Shown here: piece by piece, positions 15,742-24,549 of the stretch
Layout: each line of letters opens with the position of its first letter
Position numbering within the stretch: position 1 is the stretch's first letter
NCBI GenBank assembly: GCA_015068425.1
Contig: SVKK01000007.1
Location: 2,131-66,130 of the forward strand
Length of the DNA stretch: 64,000 bases
Source: Oscillospiraceae bacterium
GTDB lineage: Bacteria; Bacillota; Clostridia; Oscillospirales; Oscillospiraceae
Direction of reading: 5' to 3'
Notes under the pieces: generated by a model
The model's input: the letters and a program-made list of their open reading frames with translations, nothing else
Told to the model about the DNA's origin: nothing
Databases searched by the model: none
Program-made: the position numbers and the translations under genes

Positions 15742-17030
15742 TACAAATTCAAATCCATAAGCACCGCGTCCTCGCGGGGCTTTTCATAGTAGTTTTTCCG
15801 TCTGCCCACCTCTTCAAAGCCGTATTTCTGATAAAGGGCGATGGCGGGATCGTTACTGAATCTCACCTCAAGGGTGATGCGCTCAAGCTTCCCGTCTTGG
15901 CGAAGAGCCCTGGCTGTTTCCAGAAGCTTTTCAAGAAGAGCCTGACCGATGTGCTGGCGGCGGAATGTGTTTGACACTGCCACATTGAAGATATCCAGCT
16001 CATCCAGCACCTTTTGGGCGCTTATGTAGCCCAGAGCCAGCTTGCCGCAGACTGCGGCATAGATAAAGCAGTTTTCGTTTTCAAGCTGCCTTAAAAGCTG
16101 CTCGCGGCTGATGGGAAGGGAGAAGCAGCAGTTTTCTATCTCCAGTATGCTTTCAATGATGCCCTTGGGAGCAGAGGCATCAAGGCGTGTAATTTCTATA
16201 TCCTCCGGCGAGACCCGGTTGGGTGAGGCGCTGCCGTCTTCAAGCTGAAGCTCGAGAGTTTCCTCGTTCACAACGGCGTGGATGCGCTCCACGGCCTTTT
16301 TCCAGCCGAAGCGAAGCTTGGGACGGAGTATATCCGTCTCGTCGGCGCAGAAAACTTTTCTCTCGCTGCCGGGGAAGCGCTCCAGAAGCTCGTCCATCTG
16401 GGCGAGGGTCATGCACATAACAGCGTCGAACTTCTCGAAAAGCTCTTCACTGAGCTCCTTGCAGCGATGGGCGGAGAAATCCGCGCCCAAAACCTCGGCG
16501 GCAGCTCGGCAATCCGACTGCAATTTATCTCCCGCAAGGAAAAGACCTGCGCTCTCGGCGGGGATGCCGGGGCAGCGCTGGGAGGCATACATCTCAAAAA
16601 ATGCCTTGGCGGCAGGGGCAAGGGCGGTGTCGTCATCGTCAACGAAGAGGATGCTTCCGATGAAGATGCCCTCCTCCGCGTCCATCTCTTCCCAGATGAT
16701 GTCCTGAAGCTCATCCCATTGCTCCAGACTTTTGTCCCCTGCCAGAGACTCAATGTGGTGGGTCAGCTCGTGGTGGAGGGTGCTTTTCAGTCTGCGCTCA
16801 AACTGCATAGGAGGGATGTCTCCGTAAAGGGCGGTGAAGGAGCCGTAGAAAATCTCCACATAGCGCCCCATCATATTGTTGTGGTAAAGGCCGAGGATAT
16901 AGCCGCCTCGGTCGTCTTGTTTGGCATCCTCTATAAGATTCACTCCGCCGTTGAGACCGTCAAAGATACCCGAGGGAAGAGCTTCCATAGCCTTATCAAG
17001 CATTTTGCCTGCTTCTTTGTAGCTTACCAT
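15741..17030 (-). CDS. rimI: Three-domain fusion: zincin-like (DUF1025-type, HELTHH) + degenerate LMW phosphatase-like domain + RimI-type ribosomal-protein-alanine N-acetyltransferase
   Basis: The N-terminal part ...GGYILGLYHNNM...STLHHELTHHIESL is zincin-like. The middle part ILFVDDDDTALAP...ESAG...FDAVMCMTLAQMDELLERFP...KVF has an LMW-PTP pattern but no Cys/Arg P-loop. The C-terminal part FNVAVSNTFRRQHIGQALLEKL...ALYQKYGFEEVGRRKNYY is GNAT/RimI. The start is set at ATG 17030, 1 nt after the polA stop. Confidence 0.75.
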   Translation of the reverse strand: MVSYKEAGKMLDKAMEALPSGIFDGLNGGVNLIEDAKQDDRGGYILGLYHNNMMGRYVEIFYGSFTALYGDIPPMQFERRLKSTLHHELTHHIESLAGDKSLEQWDELQDIIWEEMDAEEGIFIGSILFVDDDDTALAPAAKAFFEMYASQRCPGIPAESAGLFLAGDKLQSDCRAAAEVLGADFSAHRCKELSEELFEKFDAVMCMTLAQMDELLERFPGSERKVFCADETDILRPKLRFGWKKAVERIHAVVNEETLELQLEDGSASPNRVSPEDIEITRLDASAPKGIIESILEIENCCFSLPISREQLLRQLENENCFIYAAVCGKLALGYISAQKVLDELDIFNVAVSNTFRRQHIGQALLEKLLETARALRQDGKLERITLEVRFSNDPAIALYQKYGFEEVGRRKNYYEKPREDAVLMDLNL

Positions 17031-17031
17031 A

Positions 17032-19695
17032 TCAGTGTGCCTCCGCCCATGTTTTGCCAACTCCGGCGTCTGCCGTGAGGGCAACATCGAATGCAGCGGC
17101 ATTTTCCATCTCCTCACGGAGCAGCTGCCGCACTATTTCTGTTTCGTGCTCGGGAGCTTCAACTATAAGCTCGTCGTGCACCTGCAAAATAATCTTTGCT
17201 TCAAGGCCTTCCTTTTTCAGTCGGCGATGGACATTTACCATAGCCATTTTGATAACATCTGCCGCTGTTCCCTGAATAGGCATATTGAGGGCCACACGCT
17301 CGCCGAAAGAGCGCATAGCGAAGTTGCTGGACTTAAGCTCGGGGAGAGCTCTCTGTCTGCCGAAAAGGGTGGAGACATAGCCGTCCTCTTTTGCCTTTTC
17401 AACAATATGCTTCTGATAGGCGTGAACGCCGCTGTATTTTTCAAGATATGCATCCATATAGGCCTTTGCCTCGGCGGGGAAAACGCCGATATCCTGAGCA
17501 AGAGACCAGGCGCTGATGCCGTAAACTATGCCGAAATTGACGGCCTTGGCAGCAGAGCGCTGGGAGCTTTGCACCTGGGCAAGAGGAATGCCAAAAACCT
17601 GAGAGGCGGTGACGGCGTGGATATCCTCGCCGCTGCGGAAGGCATTTATCATATTCTCGTCCCCGGAAATATGGGCAAGAAGGCGAAGCTCTATCTGGCT
17701 GTAGTCGGCGTCAACAAGCATTTTGCCCTCGTCCGCCACAAACATGCGGCGAATCTGGGCGCCGAAGCTCTTGCGGATAGGGATGTTCTGCAGGTTGGGC
17801 TCGGTGGAGGAGAGTCTTCCTGTGGCGGTAACGGTCATCTGGAATGAGGTGTGGATGCGCCCATCGGGGGCGATAACCTTCAAAAGACCCTCCGCATAGG
17901 TGCTCTTGAGCTTGCTTAGGGTGCGGTATTCCAGAATTTCATTTATAATGGGGTGCTTGCCCTGAAGCTTTTCAAGAATATCCGCGTTTGTGGACCAGCC
18001 GGTTTTGGTTTTTTTGCCGTGGGGCAGCATCAGCTTTTCGAAAAGCACCGTTCCCAGCTGCTTGGGGGAGTTTATGTTGAATTCCTCCCCTGCCAGAGTC
18101 CAGATGCTGCGCTGCAGGGCGCTTATGCTGCCCTCCAGACTCTCGCCGAATTCGTGGAGAGCTGCCTTATCCACCAAAAAGCCCTCGTTTTCCATATCTG
18201 CCAAAACGGCGCAAAGAGGCAGCTCCACATCGAAATAGAGCTTTTCCATGCCCTTTTCCCGAAGGAGGGGCAGCATTTTCTCTTCAAGGCAGGCAATGGC
18301 CGCTGCCTGAGAGGTCAAGAAGGCAATGCGCTGGGCATCATCGGGGGTATCCAGAAGGCTCATCTGGAGCGTTTCTTCATCGCTGCCGCTGCAGGGCTCA
18401 AAGCCGCAGTAACGGACGCAGAGGCGGTTTATCTCGTAGCTGCCTGCGGTGGAATCCAGAAGGTAGGCGGCAAGGGCGCTGTCGAAAACCCAGTTTTCGC
18501 TTTCAATGCCGAGAGTGAGCAGGGCGCGGAGGCTGTCTTTTATATTGTGTCCCGCCTTTTTCGCGCCGGAGGTGAAGATGGCGCGGAGAGCAGCGGTGTA
18601 GTCATCCTCATAGGCGGTTTTTTCAAGCACAAAGGCATAGCCGTTATTCCCGAGAGAATATTCGAAAACCACGGTATCAAGACCCTCGTCGAAGGCGAAA
18701 TACAGCGTTTCTTCCCCTGCCTTTTCAAGGGCGGGAGCAATTTGGGAAAAACGCAAAATCTTTTCCGAGCTGCATTCTCCCTGAAAAATCTCTGCCTGAG
18801 GAGCTTCCTCCGCGGAGGGAGTGAGCTTATATTTTTCTATGAACTTGGTAAAGCCAAGGCGGAGGAAAAGGGAGTAAAGCCCGCTTTTCCAGCTTTCGTT
18901 CCATGCGGCGGATTTGGGCTCAAGCTCAAGAGGAGCTTCCGTTATAATGGTGGCCAGCTCATAGCTCATTCTGGCGGAATCCTCTCCCGCGATGAGCTTT
19001 TTGCGCACGCCCTCTTTTATGTCGGAAGAGTTCACATTGGCGTAAACCCCGTCCAGACTGCCGAAGCGGTGGAGAAGGTCAAGGGCGGTTTTTTCGCCCA
19101 CGCCGGCAACACCGGGAATGTTGTCGCTGCTGTCACCCATAAGGGCTTTCAGGTCTATCATTTTTATAGGCTCAAAGCCGTATTCTTCTTCAAAGCGCTC
19201 TCTGGTGTAGTTAATGGTCTCCGTCTGACCCATGCGGGACTTGACGTGCAAAACCCTTGTTTCATCGGTGATAAGCTGGAAGGAGTCCTTGTCGCCGGTG
19301 ACGATGACGCACTCATCCCCGTCTCTTTCGCATATGCGGCTGAGAGTTCCAAGAAGGTCATCGGCCTCAAAGCCTTCCTTCTCAATGCGCATAATACCCA
19401 TCTCATCAAGAACTTCCTTGAGTATGGGCATCTGCACTGCCAGATCCTCGGGCATACCCTTGCGCTGAGCCTTATAGCCATCGTAGCGGAGATGGCGGAA
19501 GGTGGGAGCGCGCAGGTCAAAGGCCACGCATATGCCGTCGGGCTTTTCCTCGTCCAGAAGGCGCTGGAGAATGGTAATGAAGCCGTATATTCCGTTGGTG
19601 GGAGTGCCGTCGGGGGCGTTGAGCATACGGATGCCGTAAAATGCGCGGTTAACTATGCTGTTTCCGTCGATGGCGAGAAGCTTGAATCTCTTCAT
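17032..19695 (-). CDS. polA: DNA polymerase I
   Basis: The 5' nuclease N-terminus is MKRFKLLAIDGNSIVNRAFYG. Pol A motifs are DYSQIELRLLAH, RSAAKAVNFGIVYG and QVHDELIVE. The start is ATG 19695 after GGAG; the track start at 19977 overlaps the divergent gene. Confidence 0.95.
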   Translation of the reverse strand: MKRFKLLAIDGNSIVNRAFYGIRMLNAPDGTPTNGIYGFITILQRLLDEEKPDGICVAFDLRAPTFRHLRYDGYKAQRKGMPEDLAVQMPILKEVLDEMGIMRIEKEGFEADDLLGTLSRICERDGDECVIVTGDKDSFQLITDETRVLHVKSRMGQTETINYTRERFEEEYGFEPIKMIDLKALMGDSSDNIPGVAGVGEKTALDLLHRFGSLDGVYANVNSSDIKEGVRKKLIAGEDSARMSYELATIITEAPLELEPKSAAWNESWKSGLYSLFLRLGFTKFIEKYKLTPSAEEAPQAEIFQGECSSEKILRFSQIAPALEKAGEETLYFAFDEGLDTVVFEYSLGNNGYAFVLEKTAYEDDYTAALRAIFTSGAKKAGHNIKDSLRALLTLGIESENWVFDSALAAYLLDSTAGSYEINRLCVRYCGFEPCSGSDEETLQMSLLDTPDDAQRIAFLTSQAAAIACLEEKMLPLLREKGMEKLYFDVELPLCAVLADMENEGFLVDKAALHEFGESLEGSISALQRSIWTLAGEEFNINSPKQLGTVLFEKLMLPHGKKTKTGWSTNADILEKLQGKHPIINEILEYRTLSKLKSTYAEGLLKVIAPDGRIHTSFQMTVTATGRLSSTEPNLQNIPIRKSFGAQIRRMFVADEGKMLVDADYSQIELRLLAHISGDENMINAFRSGEDIHAVTASQVFGIPLAQVQSSQRSAAKAVNFGIVYGISAWSLAQDIGVFPAEAKAYMDAYLEKYSGVHAYQKHIVEKAKEDGYVSTLFGRQRALPELKSSNFAMRSFGERVALNMPIQGTAADVIKMAMVNVHRRLKKEGLEAKIILQVHDELIVEAPEHETEIVRQLLREEMENAAAFDVALTADAGVGKTWAEAH

Positions 19696-19843
19696 AATGG
19701 GCTCCTTGATATATTTATTCATAGTATTATACCACTTATTATATCTATGTGTAAACACCCCGAAAACTAATATTCCCCTTTGCAAAGTGAGGAAAATTAT
19801 GATATTATTCCTAAGTAAATCAGAAGAAATCTGAGGTGTCCAA

Positions 19844-20953
19844 ATGGGAATAAGTAAAATAATCATGATAATAATGGCCGCGTTTTTCGTCCTCGGCGCG
19901 CTGGACCGTCTTTTCGGCAACAAGCTGGGAATGGGCGGAGAGTTTGAACGCGCTTTCGGTCTGATGGGTCCCACCACCTTGACCGTTGTGGGTCTTATCT
20001 GCCTTGCCCCCGTGCTGGCTCCCGCGCTGCAGACGGTGATTTCTCCCGTTTTCCGCCTGATCGGAGCGGATAACGCAATGCTCCCCGGTGTGCTTTTAAG
20101 CTGCGATGTGGGTTATCATATAGGCGCGGAAATGAGCGCAGATCCTCAGATTGCCCTCTACGGAGGACTGGTTGTGGGCTCTGTTATGGGTTTTGTTATC
20201 TCCTTCACCATCCCCGTCGCCTGCGGACTTATCCGCAAGGAGGATTACCGCTATTTCTCCGGCGGCGTTCTTATGGGCTATATATTTGACCCCATCGCCT
20301 GCTTCGTTGGCGGTATCTGTATGGGTATAAAACCCATTGTGGTGCTTATAAATCTCATCCCCGTTATCGTTGTGGCTCTGCTTGTCATCGTGGGTCTGCT
20401 TTTCGCCCCCGAGTTTACCATGAAGGTTTTCAAATGGTTCGCAAAGCTGCTTCTGGCGGTTATAACCGTGGGTCTCTGCGCCGCGGCTGTGGAGGCTATG
20501 ACGGGCTTTGTTGTGATAAAGGGTATGACTCCCATAACTCAGGGCTGGAAGACCATAGGCACCATAGTTCTCAGCCTCGGCGGCAGTCTGCCGTTGATGC
20601 ATGCTCTGAGATGGGCCTTCTCCAAGCCCATAAACAAGCTCTCCTCCAAGGCGGGAATCAACGATGTTGCGGTGTTCTCCATCGTGCTTGCGTTCACAAG
20701 TCTTGTTCCCGGCTACTCCAAGTTCCACGAGATGAATCCAAAAGGAAAACTCTATTACGCAGCCTTTTCCGCCAGTGCCGGCTGCATGCTGGCCTGCCAT
20801 CTGGGCTTTACATCTTCCATTGACCCCAATGTAGTTACTCCCATGCTTATCGCAAAGGTCATCGCAGGTGTGCTGGCAATGGCTTCCGTTGCCCTGCTCC
20901 ATAAGCGCATTTTCAAAAAAGAGGAGCTGGAAGAGCTTCCTGCTCAGGTGTAA
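19844..20953 (+). CDS. eutH: EutH-family membrane protein (ethanolamine-utilisation permease-like)
   Basis: 369-aa polytopic protein reading MGISKIIMIIMAAFFVLGALDRLFGNKLGMGGEFERAF...LLSCDVGY, which looks like the EutH family. Confidence 0.7.
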   Translation: MGISKIIMIIMAAFFVLGALDRLFGNKLGMGGEFERAFGLMGPTTLTVVGLICLAPVLAPALQTVISPVFRLIGADNAMLPGVLLSCDVGYHIGAEMSADPQIALYGGLVVGSVMGFVISFTIPVACGLIRKEDYRYFSGGVLMGYIFDPIACFVGGICMGIKPIVVLINLIPVIVVALLVIVGLLFAPEFTMKVFKWFAKLLLAVITVGLCAAAVEAMTGFVVIKGMTPITQGWKTIGTIVLSLGGSLPLMHALRWAFSKPINKLSSKAGINDVAVFSIVLAFTSLVPGYSKFHEMNPKGKLYYAAFSASAGCMLACHLGFTSSIDPNVVTPMLIAKVIAGVLAMASVALLHKRIFKKEELEELPAQV

Positions 20954-20962
20954 ACAAAGCCT

Positions 20963-20997
20963 AAAACGGTGCAATCATTTCCGATTGCACCGTTTTT
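20963..20997 (+). terminator. Intrinsic terminator after the eutH-like gene
   Basis: AAAACGGTGCAATC-ATTTCC-GATTGCACCGTTTTT. Confidence 0.85.
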
Positions 20998-21085
20998 ATG
21001 ATTGACGCGGTGTGTTTGCCGTGATAAGATATCTTGTCGTATACCAACTATACGAAATATAAAAAACGGAGCGTGAAAATCCACT

Positions 21086-22387
21086 ATGGATGATGGCAGT
21101 ATAATACAGGCCATTATAATAATTCTCGTGCTGCTTCTCTTTGCAGCATATTTTGCCGTGTGCGAAACCGCTTTTGCGTCTGCAAGCCGCGTAAAGGTCA
21201 AGGTTGCCTTTGACCGTGGCGACCGTCGGGCGAAAAAGGCTCTTTATGTCCTTGATAATTTTGACAAGGCCATTACCACTATACTTATAGGCACAAACAT
21301 TACACATCTTGCGGCAGCAAGCTATGTTACACTTATGGTGACCCGCGCCTTTGCGGATAAGCCTGATGCTGTGAATGTGGCTGTGAGCATCAGCACTGTT
21401 ATAACCACCATTGCTGTCTTTATGTTCGGAGAGATGCTGCCCAAAAGCATAGGGAAAAAATATTCCCAGCGTTTCTCTCTTTCCACCGCAGGTTCTCTGC
21501 GCTTTTTCATGACTATCTTCACTCCCATAAGCTATGTTCTCACTGCTATCGGACGCTTCTTTGCCGCTCTCACCAAGGGTGACAAGGAGATAACCGTAAC
21601 TGAGGATGAGCTTCACGACATAATTGAAGCTATGACAGATGAGGGCGAGCTGGAAGAGGAGCAGGGCGAGCTTGTCCAATCCGCTTTGGATTTCGGCGAG
21701 ACCACAGTTGACAGCATTCTCACTGCCCGTGTGGATCTGGACGCCATCAATGTGGCCTCCTCCCCCGCAGATGTTCTTGCTAAGGTCAAGTCTGCCGTCC
21801 ACAGCCGCCTTCCCGTATACGAAGAGAGCGTGGACAACATAATCGGCATAATGCAGGTGAGAAAGTTCATCCGCACATGGCTTGCCGAGGGAGAGAATAT
21901 GGACCTTCGCTCCATTTTGGACGAGCCCTATTTTATCCATAGCTCCACCAATATTGACGAGCTTTTGCAGATTATGAGCGCCCAGCGCCGCTCCATTGCC
22001 GTTGTAACCGATTCTTACGGCGGCACTCTGGGCATCGTCACCGTTGAGGACATCATCGAAGAGCTTGTTGGCGAGATCTGGGATGAGGATGACGAGGTCA
22101 TCGAAACTATGATAGAAAATTCTGACGGAAGCTTTTCCTTCCTTGCCGATGTTGACATTGAGGACGCCTTCTCCTTTATGGATTATGAAGATCCCGATGA
22201 TTTCGATTTCGAGCATAAGCTTCTGGGTGAATGGGCTTACGAGCAGTTTGACCTTATTCCCGCTCAGGGCGACAGCTTTGAGTATAACGGACTTAATGTC
22301 ACTGTGGAGGAGATTGAAAACCGCCGCATACTCAAGCTGCGCATAGTTCTCCCCGCCGTTGAGACCGAGGAAGGAGGCGAGGACTGA
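21086..22387 (+). CDS. CNNM/TlyC family protein (DUF21 + CBS pair + CorC_HlyC), copy 1
   Basis: FAAYFAVCETAFASASRVKV...GEMLPKSIG... is followed by a CBS pair and a CorC C-terminal domain. Confidence 0.9.
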   Translation: MDDGSIIQAIIIILVLLLFAAYFAVCETAFASASRVKVKVAFDRGDRRAKKALYVLDNFDKAITTILIGTNITHLAAASYVTLMVTRAFADKPDAVNVAVSISTVITTIAVFMFGEMLPKSIGKKYSQRFSLSTAGSLRFFMTIFTPISYVLTAIGRFFAALTKGDKEITVTEDELHDIIEAMTDEGELEEEQGELVQSALDFGETTVDSILTARVDLDAINVASSPADVLAKVKSAVHSRLPVYEESVDNIIGIMQVRKFIRTWLAEGENMDLRSILDEPYFIHSSTNIDELLQIMSAQRRSIAVVTDSYGGTLGIVTVEDIIEELVGEIWDEDDEVIETMIENSDGSFSFLADVDIEDAFSFMDYEDPDDFDFEHKLLGEWAYEQFDLIPAQGDSFEYNGLNVTVEEIENRRILKLRIVLPAVETEEGGED

Positions 22388-22388
22388 T

Positions 22389-23657
22389 ATGACCTTTTAT
22401 ATCATTGCCTGCGTGGTATGCATAGTGCTTTCCGCCTTTTTCTCCGGAAGCGAGATGAGCCTTTCCTCCGCAAACCGCATGCGCCTTGAAAACCTTGCCG
22501 AGGACGGCAATCGCAGCGCGGCTCTTGCGGTAAAAGTCATTGACCGCTATGATAACACCCTTTCCGCAATTCTGATAGGCAACAATTTTGTAAATATAGC
22601 CCTTTCCAGCATTTCCTCCCTTATCGCCATTATGGTGTTCAGAGCCGAGGAGTACACTTGGGTGGCAACGGTGATTTGCACTGTTGTGGTCATCATCTTT
22701 GGCGAGACTATGCCCAAAATAGTGGCCAAGAAAAACGCAAATCGCCTTTCCACCATTGTTGCAGGACCTATCCGTTTTCTCAGCATTATCCTGACACCTC
22801 TTATCTTCATTGTTGTCGGAATAATCCGCCTTATCACCCTGCCCCTCAAGGGCGAGGAGGAAGAGGATGATGCCGATGCGGCAGTTGAGGAGCTCCAGAG
22901 TATGATCGAAACCGCTGAGGAAGAGGCTGTTTTGGACGAAGACCAGAGCGAGCTTGTTCAGGCAGCTTTGGACTTCAACGATATTTCCGTCAGCGAGGTT
23001 ATGACCGCCCGCGTTGATATGGAGGCTATAGACATTGAGGATGACCCCGATGAGATATATGCCTATCTGTCGGAAACCGATTATTCCCGCATTCCCGTGT
23101 ATGAGGGCAGCGTGGATAACATTATCGGCGTGCTCCGCCTCAACCGCTATCTGAAGGCGCTTCTGGACGAGCCTCGCCCCGATATCCGCAAGCTGCTTAT
23201 CAAGCCCTGCTATATTTATAAAACCACCAAGCTCCCCAATGTTCTCGAGCAGCTGAAAAAGGCCAAGCTCCATCTTGCTGTTGTCACCGATGAATACGGC
23301 GGCTGCACCGGCATTGTAACTATGGAGGATGTCCTTGAGTGCATAGTGGGCGATATCTGGGATGATACCGATGAAATTGAGGCCGAGGAAGTGATAGAGC
23401 TTCCCGACGGTATCTATGAGCTGGACGGCGATATGGCCATCGGCGATTTCATTGAGCTTATGGATTATTCCGAGGAGAGCTTTGAAACCGAAAGCTCAAC
23501 CGTTGGCGGCTGGACCTTGGAAATGTTCGGCGCCTTCCCCAATGAGGGCGATAGCTTCGAGTATGAAAAGCTCACTGTTACCGTTTTGAAAATGGACGGC
23601 TTCCGCGTTGAGCGCGTGCGCATCAAGCGGGAAGAAAACCCCGACTGGGACGAATAA
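22389..23657 (+). CDS. CNNM/TlyC family protein (DUF21 + CBS pair + CorC_HlyC), copy 2
   Basis: The architecture matches copy 1 (SAFFSGSEMSLSSANRMRLE...GETMPKIVA...). ATG 22389 lies 1 nt after the copy 1 stop. Confidence 0.9.
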   Translation: MTFYIIACVVCIVLSAFFSGSEMSLSSANRMRLENLAEDGNRSAALAVKVIDRYDNTLSAILIGNNFVNIALSSISSLIAIMVFRAEEYTWVATVICTVVVIIFGETMPKIVAKKNANRLSTIVAGPIRFLSIILTPLIFIVVGIIRLITLPLKGEEEEDDADAAVEELQSMIETAEEEAVLDEDQSELVQAALDFNDISVSEVMTARVDMEAIDIEDDPDEIYAYLSETDYSRIPVYEGSVDNIIGVLRLNRYLKALLDEPRPDIRKLLIKPCYIYKTTKLPNVLEQLKKAKLHLAVVTDEYGGCTGIVTMEDVLECIVGDIWDDTDEIEAEEVIELPDGIYELDGDMAIGDFIELMDYSEESFETESSTVGGWTLEMFGAFPNEGDSFEYEKLTVTVLKMDGFRVERVRIKREENPDWDE

Positions 23658-23662
23658 AAAAT

Positions 23663-23702
23663 AAAAGCACACTGCATGATGATTTCATACAGTGTGCTTT
23701 TT
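23663..23702. terminator. Bidirectional terminator between CNNM copy 2 and the CPBP gene
   Basis: AAAAGCACACTG...CAGTGTGCTTTT. Confidence 0.85.
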
Positions 23703-23706
23703 ATAT

Positions 23707-24459
23707 TTATTCGGATTTTGACTTTTCTTTTCTTAAAAGCATTATGAGGGATATAAGGAACATTATAAGGATTATCGGCATAGAATTAAGCCGCATAAAC
23801 AAGGGCGACTCATTTATCTGGGCGTAATATGACAAATTTGCGGCTACGTCATATATAAAATGTAAAATCATCGGAATGAAAATATTTCGGGATTTGAGAT
23901 ATATAACCGCAAAGGCAAAGCCTATTACCCCTGTTCGCCAGAACAGGCTCAGACTCCAACCGGTGACAATATGCAGGGCACCGAAAACAAGAAAACTCAA
24001 AAAGGCATAGGCCAGCTTCCTTCCGGTGCTGCTTTCTCCGTGGAAATACCCCTCCAAAATCAGAGTGCGGAAATTAAGTTCCTCATAAAAGGCGGTTGCC
24101 ACCTGCTGCAGAATTATCTGGGAAATCAAAAGGCCTGCGCTTAAACCGGAAATGGCTTTCACGCCCAGACACATAAGAAGCACAAAATACAGAAAATATA
24201 ATATAAAGCCACATCCTGCGATCAATGCCCGTTTACTGCCCTTGATGCTCAGCACATCTGCCGCCGATCTGCGATATATTTTTTTCATAACAAGCAGTAT
24301 GACAAAACCGAAGATAAACCTTAGAAAGCTGCTGAACAAAAACCATGCTGTACCCTTGAAAAAGCGCCCCATGATCAGGGATATTGCCACAAAGCAGCAA
24401 GCAATACCCATTGCCCAAACAATTCCGATACATTTTTTGTTGGCAAGAGCTTTGTTCAT
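23707..24459 (-). CDS. CPBP family intramembrane glutamic endopeptidase (CAAX/Abi-like)
   Basis: The CPBP motifs are present: EELNFRTLILEGY, FGALH and HFIYD. The protein is multi-TM. Confidence 0.85.
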   Translation of the reverse strand: MNKALANKKCIGIVWAMGIACCFVAISLIMGRFFKGTAWFLFSSFLRFIFGFVILLVMKKIYRRSAADVLSIKGSKRALIAGCGFILYFLYFVLLMCLGVKAISGLSAGLLISQIILQQVATAFYEELNFRTLILEGYFHGESSTGRKLAYAFLSFLVFGALHIVTGWSLSLFWRTGVIGFAFAVIYLKSRNIFIPMILHFIYDVAANLSYYAQINESPLFMRLNSMPIILIMFLISLIMLLRKEKSKSE

Positions 24460-24549
24460 AGCATTCCCTCCAAAACATGCACTGATTATACTATAGTCCG
24501 GTATTCAAATTCAAGTTTTCTTCCGCCGTCTTTCAGATATTTGAAAAAT

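Noticed and set aside
17953-19770. Very long ORFs lie antisense to almost every real gene. Examples are 17953-19770, 7213-8799, 20996-22216, 24973-26202, 26287-27669, 30174-31931, 35862-37724, 40771-42912, 43298-44632, 45446-46633, 49311-50501, 50504-51928, 52026-53339, 54016-55413, 55331-56494 and 61601-63937.
   Set aside because: Their translations are low-complexity (G/A/V/H-rich) with no recognisable motifs, starts, SD sequences or terminators. Each mirrors a gene with clear family signatures on the other strand. Open antisense frames are expected from the codon bias of GC-rich coding DNA.
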